IMG/VR virus record: IMGVR_UViG_2534681702_000003
Coordinates: 1 to 33,145 of that record
DNA: 33,145 nt
Reading direction: 5' to 3' (one strand)
From: a virus
Lineage: Duplodnaviria; Heunggongvirae; Uroviricota; Caudoviricetes
Part shown: positions 1 through 7,679 of the stretch, in pieces
Layout: each line of letters begins with the position of its first letter
How positions within the stretch are numbered: the stretch's first letter is position 1
Position numbers and translations under genes: made by a program
The notes under the pieces: model-generated
What the model saw: the letters and a program-made list of their open reading frames with translations, nothing else
Told to the model about the DNA's origin: nothing
The model's database searches: none

Positions 1-1119
1 TCAAATAACCAACTTAACCCATTCCTGACCTCGAGTATCGTTATAGCGGTCGGTGGTTGCTTGGACTTTATGTCCTAGTAATGTTTTTGTATCGATACCC
101 TGTGCACGGTACAGCCGTTCTGATAGAGAACGTTGTTCATGAAATGTTGGCGGAGTTTTTCCTGCTGGTGGAATTATCCCAGCCAGCTCCCGTGCTTTGG
201 CAAAGTAGTCGCTCAGGTTGTCTTTACTCATCGGCTTTGGTTGTTTCTGGTGCCGACTATGGATTAGATATGGACTTAATATTCTGTCTCGGCACCCATC
301 AATAACTTCTTTTAACGTTATCCCAATGGCATCACAGCGTAGTGTAAGCGGTAACGCCAGACGCATTCCGGTTTTTCCCTGGGTGATATGTAAGTGTTCG
401 TTCCACACATCCGAAAAACGCATGTGGCAAATGTCATCACGGCGCTGACCAGTGACAATCGCAAGAAGCATTGCGTTACGGATAAAGTGTTTTTCAGGTG
501 TTGCGTTGTATATTTTTTGCCAGTCTTCCAGGGTGAGCCTGGCTCTGGTTACTTTAGGGATCGGTTTACGGGTAGCCTCCGGAGGATTCCATCCAGGAGG
601 AACTTCCCCTGCATGCTGTGCTTCTTTATAAATATCAACCCATAATCCGCGATTTACTCTCGCTGTACTGACCATGTCTTTATCCAGCCACTCATCCAGT
701 ATTAATGCAAAGTCTCTTACTTCCAGTTCTTTCAATGGGTGGTTTCCCAGACGGGAAACCAGATATGCAGCCATTCGAGTTTTTTCTTTGTGAGTTGTAG
801 CTGCAATATCTCCATTTTTCAGTCGCGTGTCCTGTATTTTCAGATATCGATCAACCCATGCCTTTAATCTGATACCCCGACGTTTTGTTGCTGACGGACT
901 TTCATCAATTTTGCGCATGAAATATTCAGCTTCTGCTGCAGCTATTCGCTGATTGGCTGTGGAAGCGATTTTTTCTGCCTTACCTTTGTCTGTTCCGAGT
1001 CCGTGAAATTTTCCAGTCACAGGGTTTTTATACTGGTAGTAAACCTTGCCAGTTCTGCGATCAAACTTTTCGTAAAGACCGGCTACGTCAGTGCTGTTTT
1101 TTCGTGGCCTCGGTGACAT
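1..1119 (-). CDS. int: Phage integrase, tyrosine recombinase (lambda Int-like)
   Basis: 372-aa ORF; C-terminus HEQRSLSERLY...LLGHK...DRY resembles lambda Int catalytic region (HELRSLSARLY...LLGHK...YRDDRG); AAGGAG RBS 9 nt upstream of ATG at 1119; stop codon occupies bases 1-3. Confidence 0.92.
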   Translation of the reverse strand: MSPRPRKNSTDVAGLYEKFDRRTGKVYYQYKNPVTGKFHGLGTDKGKAEKIASTANQRIAAAEAEYFMRKIDESPSATKRRGIRLKAWVDRYLKIQDTRLKNGDIAATTHKEKTRMAAYLVSRLGNHPLKELEVRDFALILDEWLDKDMVSTARVNRGLWVDIYKEAQHAGEVPPGWNPPEATRKPIPKVTRARLTLEDWQKIYNATPEKHFIRNAMLLAIVTGQRRDDICHMRFSDVWNEHLHITQGKTGMRLALPLTLRCDAIGITLKEVIDGCRDRILSPYLIHSRHQKQPKPMSKDNLSDYFAKARELAGIIPPAGKTPPTFHEQRSLSERLYRAQGIDTKTLLGHKVQATTDRYNDTRGQEWVKLVI

Positions 1120-1357
1120 GAGTTAAAATCTCCTTCAGTGCATCATCATCGCCAGTATGAATTTCCGGCGCAATTCCCGTTTCACCAGGCCCAACAAATA
1201 CTGCTCGGCGATCTATCAGCCAACGCCCACGAATTTTTTGTGGTCTTGGAACGATGTATCCTAGTTTTCCGTATTTCACCAGGGTAGTGTTTGTTATTGG
1301 GAGACTGAACCGTTTTGGTTTCCATTCGTCGAGCGTTATCAGGTACTGTTCGCTCAT
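1088..1357 (-). CDS. Putative excisionase-like small protein upstream of int
   Basis: 89-aa ORF from ATG at 1357 (GGAGTG RBS upstream); overlaps int start by 32 nt; position equivalent to xis. Confidence 0.5.
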   Translation of the reverse strand: MSEQYLITLDEWKPKRFSLPITNTTLVKYGKLGYIVPRPQKIRGRWLIDRRAVFVGPGETGIAPEIHTGDDDALKEILTHVTEATKKQH

Positions 1358-1418
1358 GGCTATCACTCCGGAACGCGCCAGTTGCAGAATATCAACGATA
1401 ACTGGCGACGGTTGAACA

Positions 1419-2759
1419 TTAAAAATCAGCCTGATTCGGGATCAGTTTTTGCCAGATAGCTGAAACGTATTTTGCCTGGTGACGAGCGTCATCAAGTGCA
1501 TTATGGCGCTCACCTTCGAATGGAATAGCCGTTCTGGCATCGAAGTCTATGGCTTTCCCCAGCTCAACGATTGTGCGTACATCGCGATCGTTGTCGTAAC
1601 GCCACGGGCAGGGGATCCCCTGCCGTTCGTATGAACGGCGCAAAATCGTGTTGTCGAAGTTGGCTCCATTTCCCCAGACCTGAACAAAAAATTCACCGGA
1701 GTTTTCGTCGATAAATTCCCGCAATTGTAACAGTGCATCATCTAACGGGATTTCATCGGTCATAATGGCAGATTGCGCTTCGCGTGATTGCTTAAGCCAC
1801 CATTTAATGGTGTCCCGATCAATGACTCCGCCAGCAGTTTCCAGATCGACAGTCTTACTAAATTCCGGTCCCATATCTCCGGTTTGCGGATCGAAAAATA
1901 TTGCACCTATTGAGATAATCGGGGCATCGGGATTTTTTCCCATGGTTTCAAGGTCGATCATCAGATGAATCCCCGCTCTGCTGGTGGATGTGAGATTATG
2001 ATGACCGTTCGCCTTAATTAAGGGATCTGACGCCTCGCCAGTTTCACTATCGCTGGCATGATGCTGATTGCCGCCAGTGTTCTCCTTGTGCTGATGCGCA
2101 GTGCCTTCCATTTCCTCCGGATCATTTTCCTGAACTTCAGGCTGATTCTCTCCATCGAATATTTCCTGGTATGTTGCGTCCCCCATCACCGCACCACAAT
2201 CAGGGCAGTTGCCGCCACCGCTCTGACCGCAGGCGGTGCAGATTTTTTCCGGTTCCTGTTGCACTACTGGTTCAGGTTGTTTCGTTTCTGGCTCGTTTTG
2301 TTGCGTATTTGGGCTGTTTTGTTCCGCTTTCTGGTCGTTCTGTTCCGTTTCTTGCTGGTTCTGGTTCACAGTATCGCGGGTTTCAATCCCCTTCACCCAT
2401 TTCGGATCATTCGGGTCGCTAATCCCTTCAATAAATTCACCACGTGATGCAGCAAGCAACTTATCGGCGTCAGGCTGGCTGATATTGGCTGCCTGCATAA
2501 TTTTGTTTACTTCGTCAGCGGTAACTTTTACCGGTTCTGGCTGTGCGGTCGTGTCAGATGCACCAGTATTTTGTTGTGAACCTGAGCATGTACTGTTTTT
2601 GCGGGCGAAATATTCTTCTTTCGTGATTTCAGTAGCCCCGGCAGCCAGCGCCTTATCCAGACCAGAAAGTTTGTTTGCGCGACCGTATTTTTCGCCATCC
2701 TTGTCGGTGAAGAGGAAGTAGAACGGCCCCTCACGCTCTACAGATGGTTCGACTTCCAC
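1419..2759 (-). CDS. DEDDh-family 3'-5' exonuclease (DnaQ-like) with Q/E/N-rich N-terminal region and Cys4 zinc-ribbon
   Basis: 446-aa ORF; motifs MIDLETMG (Exo I), VWGNGANFDNTIL (Exo II), HNALDDARH (Exo III); CTACG...CPDCG; apparent GTG start overlapping upstream gene. Confidence 0.75.
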   Translation of the reverse strand: MEVEPSVEREGPFYFLFTDKDGEKYGRANKLSGLDKALAAGATEITKEEYFARKNSTCSGSQQNTGASDTTAQPEPVKVTADEVNKIMQAANISQPDADKLLAASRGEFIEGISDPNDPKWVKGIETRDTVNQNQQETEQNDQKAEQNSPNTQQNEPETKQPEPVVQQEPEKICTACGQSGGGNCPDCGAVMGDATYQEIFDGENQPEVQENDPEEMEGTAHQHKENTGGNQHHASDSETGEASDPLIKANGHHNLTSTSRAGIHLMIDLETMGKNPDAPIISIGAIFFDPQTGDMGPEFSKTVDLETAGGVIDRDTIKWWLKQSREAQSAIMTDEIPLDDALLQLREFIDENSGEFFVQVWGNGANFDNTILRRSYERQGIPCPWRYDNDRDVRTIVELGKAIDFDARTAIPFEGERHNALDDARHQAKYVSAIWQKLIPNQADF

Positions 2760-3889
2760 TTTGCATTCGGTTTTTCGTTGTCCGGAATTGCCGTTTCCAC
2801 TGCATCAGTTTCTGGTACTGGCGACGAGAGAGTATCAGTTGCGCTCTGATTTGTTCCTTCATCTTCAAACACGCCCTTTGTAGTCAGGTATTCAGTAATG
2901 TATTTGTTCAGTGCCACAGAGTCTTTGTGAATGTCGATCGGACGTTCACGAACAAGGCCAAAAATAGTCTGGCGGTCGTAGCGAAGGGCATCAGGCTGTT
3001 TGCGCATTGATGCCGAGATACGCTTCCAGTCTTCGCGGTCGTTGTCGATAACTTCATTTTTTGCCCAGCGATGGATGCTGCCGCCAATGTTTCCGGCATC
3101 CACATCACCAGGCCAGAGAGCGTAGGCCAGTTCATCATCCAGTGTTTTCCATGTCTGCTTGTATTCGCGACGAATGACTGCAGTGACAGGGTGGATTTTT
3201 TCTGCTGAGTTTTCAGTGTACTGTTGATTGGCTCTGGCGCGGGCGAGATCAACAACAGACGTGTATTTCCCGGTTTCCTTGCGTTCACCTTCGCGACGTT
3301 TTTTCCAGATGCGCATCTCTGCCTGAATTTCGGGCCATTTGGCACCAGGCTTACATTTATGCTTAACCCACCCGATGGCATGCAGCTTAAGCTCCGGATA
3401 CATGGCGTTAACTTCTGGCATTTTCATCAACGCTTCAACGATATGTCCGTCGAATGTTGCCATGTCTTCCTGCAACAATTCCTGCGCGCTAATCACCATA
3501 TCAACGGTGATGTTTTCACATGTGTCGAACTTAACCATGACAGCGTTCTGTACTTCAGGGGCCAGCTTGTCAAAAGTGACGTTCATCGGATCTGATTCAG
3601 TCTCAACCGGGACAAAGGAAGCAGACTCCTCATCCCAGCGGTTTTCCTGCATATATTCAGCATCCCAGGAATCGAGGGCAGGGCGGGGTATACCGGGCTT
3701 ATCCTCGCAGATAATAAATTTATAAGCGCAGTCCTGAGCAGCCGGATAATGTTCCAGGAATTGCCAGTGAAATTTTGCTCGAGCACGGCGTTCGTCGCCA
3801 GCTTCAATGGCTGTGGCTACAGCCACAGCGCCTTCTTCCCTTGTTGCCAGTTCGTCAGGAATAGCGGCGCAAATAAAGACTTTACTCAT
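2738..3889 (-). CDS. Hypothetical early-left operon protein (383 aa)
   Basis: Long ORF, GAGG RBS upstream of ATG at 3889, overlaps start of exonuclease gene; no family recognised. Confidence 0.6.
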   Translation of the reverse strand: MSKVFICAAIPDELATREEGAVAVATAIEAGDERRARAKFHWQFLEHYPAAQDCAYKFIICEDKPGIPRPALDSWDAEYMQENRWDEESASFVPVETESDPMNVTFDKLAPEVQNAVMVKFDTCENITVDMVISAQELLQEDMATFDGHIVEALMKMPEVNAMYPELKLHAIGWVKHKCKPGAKWPEIQAEMRIWKKRREGERKETGKYTSVVDLARARANQQYTENSAEKIHPVTAVIRREYKQTWKTLDDELAYALWPGDVDAGNIGGSIHRWAKNEVIDNDREDWKRISASMRKQPDALRYDRQTIFGLVRERPIDIHKDSVALNKYITEYLTTKGVFEDEGTNQSATDTLSSPVPETDAVETAIPDNEKPNAKWKSNHL

Positions 3890-3969
3890 TTTGTTTTAAC
3901 CTCATTACAGATTTAAGGGTGAACAAATCCCTGCCATTGCTGGCATATAAAAATGAAACCGGATATTAA

Positions 3970-4173
3970 TTACGGTGCTGTTTTAAGTCCTGCCGGGATT
4001 TCGTTATTATCCATGTGAATAACTTTATCGACCGGATAACAGTTACCGGGAATTTTCTGTTCCACTGCGGCAACCATGCATTCTTTCATTGAGCCGTATA
4101 CGCCAGTAACCATGTCAACCGGTTCACCGGAAACAAGAAAAACCGTCAGAACAAGTGCAAATGTAGTATTCAT
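3970..4173 (-). CDS. ydfD: YdfD-like small protein with N-terminal hydrophobic segment
   Basis: 67 aa from MNTTFALVLTVFLVSG...; start overlaps dicB stop (ATGA); same position as ydfD downstream of dicB in Qin. Confidence 0.55.
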   Translation of the reverse strand: MNTTFALVLTVFLVSGEPVDMVTGVYGSMKECMVAAVEQKIPGNCYPVDKVIHMDNNEIPAGLKTAP

Positions 4174-4358
4174 TGCCAGCATCCTTTTTGCATCAGGCGT
4201 AAACGGGCCAGCATTGAAACAATGCATATTTTATCCAATAGCTCCCGTTCTTGTTTCCTCTTGTTAATGGCATCTTCAGTAAATACTGGGTTACTGATAG
4301 TGACACCAATTTCAAAACAACCTTCAGACGTATTAACGTTTGGTAATAACGTTTTCAT
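4170..4358 (-). CDS. dicB: Cell-division inhibitor DicB
   Basis: 62 aa MKTLLPNVNTSEGCFEIGVTISNPVFTEDAINKRKQERELL... matches recalled DicB almost residue for residue; GAGGGTG RBS. Confidence 0.8.
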   Translation of the reverse strand: MKTLLPNVNTSEGCFEIGVTISNPVFTEDAINKRKQERELLDKICIVSMLARLRLMQKGCWQ

Positions 4359-4527
4359 TATCGCACCCTCAACAATGAATTTTGTGATGCGGTGCCTGGT
4401 GCCTCCAGGTGACGTTAACCAGTTAACAATTAACGCCGGATACAGAGAACCCATCCATAACACTGTTTTTGGTTTTAACTGTTCCGCGTGCGCTCAGCCG
4501 CATTCACCGCATCACAAAATTCACTTT

Positions 4528-4585
4528 AAAAAGGGCAGCAGAGCAGTCACGGAGTAAAACTGATACCACCAAACGTCACCAGAAA
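4528..4585 (-). ncRNA. dicF: DicF small RNA
   Basis: Minus-strand sequence UUUCUGGUGACGUUUGGUGGUAUCAGUUUUACUCCGUGACUGCUCUGCUGCCCUUUUU matches recalled DicF, ends in U-tract, lies immediately upstream of dicB. Confidence 0.8.
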
Positions 4586-4920
4586 ATTGATAACAGAGGG
4601 CGTTGCAGCGGGGTTGTCACTTAAGCGTATGGTCAACCTGGCAACCCGGTGTCTCAATGGGGGAGGAATAACCCCGCCATACTTACCGCCGCGCCATTTC
4701 GCGGAGTGCCACAACCGGAAGCGCACGGTCGAATTAAATTTAACGACACCGTACAGTGAGACGAACTTCGCCGTGCGCTTTCGCGTTATGCCCTGGCTTT
4801 TCAGGGATATATCCTTTCAGTAAACTGTCAGTACCGGATTCTTATCCGTGTCCGGCGCACGACCACACGTGGCAGCGTGTTGGTCTCCATTTTTAACCCA
4901 GAACCTCAATGGAGGATAAA

Positions 4921-5130
4921 ATGCCAAACAAAAAAAGAAATCCGCTTATTGAAAAACAGATTGAATGCCTGGTAAATCAACTCAGGCAATCAGGGTTATT
5001 AAAAACTCATTCAGAGTTGAGGCTCACAGAATCAGCATTCGACGATAAATTAAATAATGTCCTTTATAATGGCATTATTGATTTTAATCGTTCAGTTGGT
5101 CGCCTCGGCCCTGCTGGTGTTTCCTTATAA
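4921..5130 (+). CDS. Hypothetical small protein (69 aa), opposite orientation to early-left operon
   Basis: ATG at 4921 preceded by GGAGGAT; stop abuts stop of convergent 212-aa gene; no homology recognised. Confidence 0.35.
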   Translation: MPNKKRNPLIEKQIECLVNQLRQSGLLKTHSELRLTESAFDDKLNNVLYNGIIDFNRSVGRLGPAGVSL

Positions 5131-5769
5131 TTACCAGTCAATCCAGAGCGGACCGTGTTCAGCGTAAATATAACTGTACACATCCAGATTATATTTGTGG
5201 TCTGTTAAGAACAGGCCGCAAATACATGCCGAAGCTTCCAGGGCAGCGGCTCTGTTACTGAATAACCATGTGGCAACATTCCAGCGTTTTTCTGCATCCC
5301 AGTCTTTCTCAAGGCCTGATACCATGAAGAAACCGTTAGTGTTGCCATCAAATAATTCTGTTTCCAGATTTTTAAGCAATGCCTGATGGACTCTTGCCAG
5401 GTATTCCGCCGGAATTTCGCCACGAATTCTGATGAGATTGTCATAAACAAACATGTTCCCCGCATATGGCGATTTTTCTTTCTTGTTTTTTAAACCAGCA
5501 TCATGAGCAAACTGATCAATTTCTTCTTCCGTTGGTTTCGTATTGATGTTTTGCGCTGTCGTTTCTGCAATTTTATTTGCCACACTATCTGAGTCGTGTT
5601 TATTTACAGACGCACAGAAATACAATCCGGTAAACGCATCGCGCACATTACGAGCCATATTATCAGTGTCTTTTTTCGTTACCGATTCCAATGCAAGTTC
5701 GTTCAGACGATGACGAAGTGTGTGTGCTGCAATCTCCTGGATTGAAGTAGGTAAATCTTTAAATTCCAT
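5131..5769 (-). CDS. Hypothetical protein (212 aa)
   Basis: ORF with GAGG RBS before second ATG (MEFKDL...); start overlaps stop of upstream DUF1391-like gene. Confidence 0.6.
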   Translation of the reverse strand: MEFKDLPTSIQEIAAHTLRHRLNELALESVTKKDTDNMARNVRDAFTGLYFCASVNKHDSDSVANKIAETTAQNINTKPTEEEIDQFAHDAGLKNKKEKSPYAGNMFVYDNLIRIRGEIPAEYLARVHQALLKNLETELFDGNTNGFFMVSGLEKDWDAEKRWNVATWLFSNRAAALEASACICGLFLTDHKYNLDVYSYIYAEHGPLWIDW

Positions 5770-5780
5770 CGTCAACCTCA

Positions 5781-5933
5781 TCAGTCAGAGTTTCTTGCTA
5801 ACCAGCGATGCGCGCCAGCTTCGGTTTTAAACGTTTTGCTTTTGGTATACGTCATCGCGGTGAACGTGCCGTCCTGGTTGGGAAACACGCCGCACACCAG
5901 AGATTCGTTGTTGCCAAGATCGATAGTATCCAT
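5781..5933 (-). CDS. YdfA/YdaF-like small protein (DUF1391-like)
   Basis: 50 aa MDTIDLGNNESLVCGVFPNQDGTFTAMTYTKSKTFKTE... resembles recalled YdaF/YdfA; GAGG RBS. Confidence 0.55.
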   Translation of the reverse strand: MDTIDLGNNESLVCGVFPNQDGTFTAMTYTKSKTFKTEAGAHRWLARNSD

Positions 5934-6014
5934 GTTGACCTCATTTCCCCTTAACGCCGGGGTAGCGGAACAAAAACCTGCTGCATAGTTATTAAAGTTG
6001 AACCCTGCCGTCAT

Positions 6015-6225
6015 GTTCTTACGCCTCGGGCTGGCTACTTAACCCCTGACCACTGCCGGGTAACTCGAAGTATTGCCCTGCATTCTGTGGGGTGGAGTGA
6101 GGGAATGAATGAAGTTTAGAAAAATGAACTTTACAGGTCAATGTTTTTTTATCAAAACATTTTAAGCAGGCAGCTGTTAAGCCATCACCACGATGGCATA
6201 CAGTTAATCAAATAGATGAGGTTGG
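6015..6225. promoter_or_regulatory. Putative leftward early promoter/operator region (pL/OL-like)
   Basis: Non-coding gap downstream of cI; contains GTTTTTTTATCAAAAC (6143-6158) sharing the GTTTT-N6-AAAAC pattern of the cI-cro intergenic sites. Confidence 0.4.
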
Positions 6226-6864
6226 TTAAATATCTTGTTGAATTTTAAAGCATACGCCCAATATGCAAGATAGATCATCCAGCATAATTGAAGGGTAGCG
6301 AGGATTCGTGGGGACTAAAAGAATATCCGGCCCTTCTATCTCCAGTTTACGAATGACAGGTGTTGTGGTCCCTTTGGGTAAGGCAAGGACAATATTTCCT
6401 GGTTGTACGGTTCGATCGGGATCAACAAAAACTGTTGAACCATTTGGGATGGAAACTCCCCCACCAGATGTTGACATACTGTCACTCTCTAGAACAACTG
6501 CAAAGGTATTGGCCGGGATTTCTCCGACAAGCTGCACACAAGAGGTTATTGAGGAATTTTTCATATAATCACTCCAGCTTGCTGCCTGCTGAAGTGATAG
6601 TAGCGGAACCGTTTTTATCGGCGGTAAAGATAGATCAAGCGAATCACCTGTATTTAACTCTCCTCCATTAAGAAGCCAATTTTCGTTTACTTTCAATATC
6701 TTTGCCAGTGAACTTATGTAACGCGAGGACGGCGCTCCTCCACCGTTCATCCATTGACTTACGGAGCCTTTTGATGCGCCAGTGGCATTGACAAGGTCTT
6801 TGCCTTTCAGGTTTAGCGCATGCATACGTTGGGTTATGCGTTCAGATATTGTTTGCTTGCTCAT
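6226..6864 (-). CDS. CI-like prophage repressor (N-terminal HTH, C-terminal S24 LexA-like peptidase)
   Basis: 212 aa; HTH LKGKDLVNATGASKGSVSQW; C-terminal ...AVVLESDSM... (GDSM-like catalytic Ser motif); divergent from cro-like gene. Confidence 0.88.
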   Translation of the reverse strand: MSKQTISERITQRMHALNLKGKDLVNATGASKGSVSQWMNGGGAPSSRYISSLAKILKVNENWLLNGGELNTGDSLDLSLPPIKTVPLLSLQQAASWSDYMKNSSITSCVQLVGEIPANTFAVVLESDSMSTSGGGVSIPNGSTVFVDPDRTVQPGNIVLALPKGTTTPVIRKLEIEGPDILLVPTNPRYPSIMLDDLSCILGVCFKIQQDI

Positions 6865-6955
6865 GTTTTGATTTTAAAACACAGATGGTTTTGTTTCTTG
6901 ACTTTCTTTGGTTTTGATTATTAAACTTTTGGCGTTCAGTTTTATGGAGCGACTC
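6865..6955. promoter_or_regulatory. Divergent promoter/operator region between cI and cro-like gene
   Basis: Two 16-bp sites GTTTTGATTTTAAAAC (6865-6880) and GTTTTGATTATTAAAC (6911-6926), imperfect palindromes, about 46 bp apart. Confidence 0.55.
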
Positions 6956-7186
6956 ATGAAAAAATCAGAAGTATTAGGCTATTTTGGCGGAGTTGTTAAA
7001 ACAGCCGCAGCTCTAGGAACGTCAAAAACCACAGTCAGCATGTGGGGGGAAGAGGTTCCGTGGAAATGGGCGTTGCTAATTCAGGCAGTCACTGCCGGGG
7101 CGCTCAAATATGAGTTACACATACCGACGGTTGTCATTCCCGGTTCTGATCATAATCCGCCTTCTAACCAAGGGGGGGATTCATGA
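6956..7186 (+). CDS. Cro-like HTH regulator (YdaS-like)
   Basis: 76 aa from ATG 6956 (GGAG RBS); first gene of rightward operon opposite cI. Confidence 0.65.
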   Translation: MKKSEVLGYFGGVVKTAAALGTSKTTVSMWGEEVPWKWALLIQAVTAGALKYELHIPTVVIPGSDHNPPSNQGGDS

Positions 7187-7608
7187 AAATCAAGCATGAA
7201 CACATCCGCATGGCGATGAATGCCTGGGCGCGTCCTGATGGCGAAAAAGTTCCAGCAGCTGGAATAACCCAGGCTTATTTTGAGTTGGGTATGACGTTCC
7301 CAGAACTGTATGACGACAGCCATCCGGAAGCCCTGGCTCGCAATACCCAGAAAATTTTCCGCTGGATAGAGAAAGACACCCCTGATGCAGTTGAAAAAAT
7401 TCAGGCGTTGTTACCAGCGATCGAAAAGGCAATGCCACCTTTGCTGGTGGCCAGAATGCGCAGCCACAGTTCAGCTTATTTTCGGGAGCTGGTGGAGACG
7501 CGGGAGCGACTGGTGAGAGACGCTGATGATTTTGTCGCAGTGGCAATCGCCGGTTTCAATCAGATGAACCGTGGTGGCCCGGCAGGAAATGCTGTGGCAG
7601 TGCATTGA
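7183..7608 (+). CDS. YdaT-like protein (proposed CII functional analogue)
   Basis: 141 aa starting MKIKHEHI..., as recalled for YdaT; start overlaps cro-like stop. Confidence 0.55.
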   Translation: MKIKHEHIRMAMNAWARPDGEKVPAAGITQAYFELGMTFPELYDDSHPEALARNTQKIFRWIEKDTPDAVEKIQALLPAIEKAMPPLLVARMRSHSSAYFRELVETRERLVRDADDFVAVAIAGFNQMNRGGPAGNAVAVH

Positions 7609-7679
7609 GTGATAATAGCCATATCGAATCACTTCCGGCAACTCGTGAGTAAAAAGATTCGGTATCAGAAGAGGTGAGT

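Noticed and set aside
2058-2721. Plus-strand ORFs (129, 83, 161 aa) antisense to the exonuclease gene
   Set aside because: They fall in the repetitive Q/E-rich coding region of the minus-strand gene; Cys/Phe-rich low-complexity products, no start context.
4587-4823. 78-aa plus-strand ORF just upstream of DicF
   Set aside because: Opposite strand to the dicF precursor transcript, no RBS, Gly/Arg-rich; the region is more plausibly the untranslated leader of the dicF-dicB transcript.
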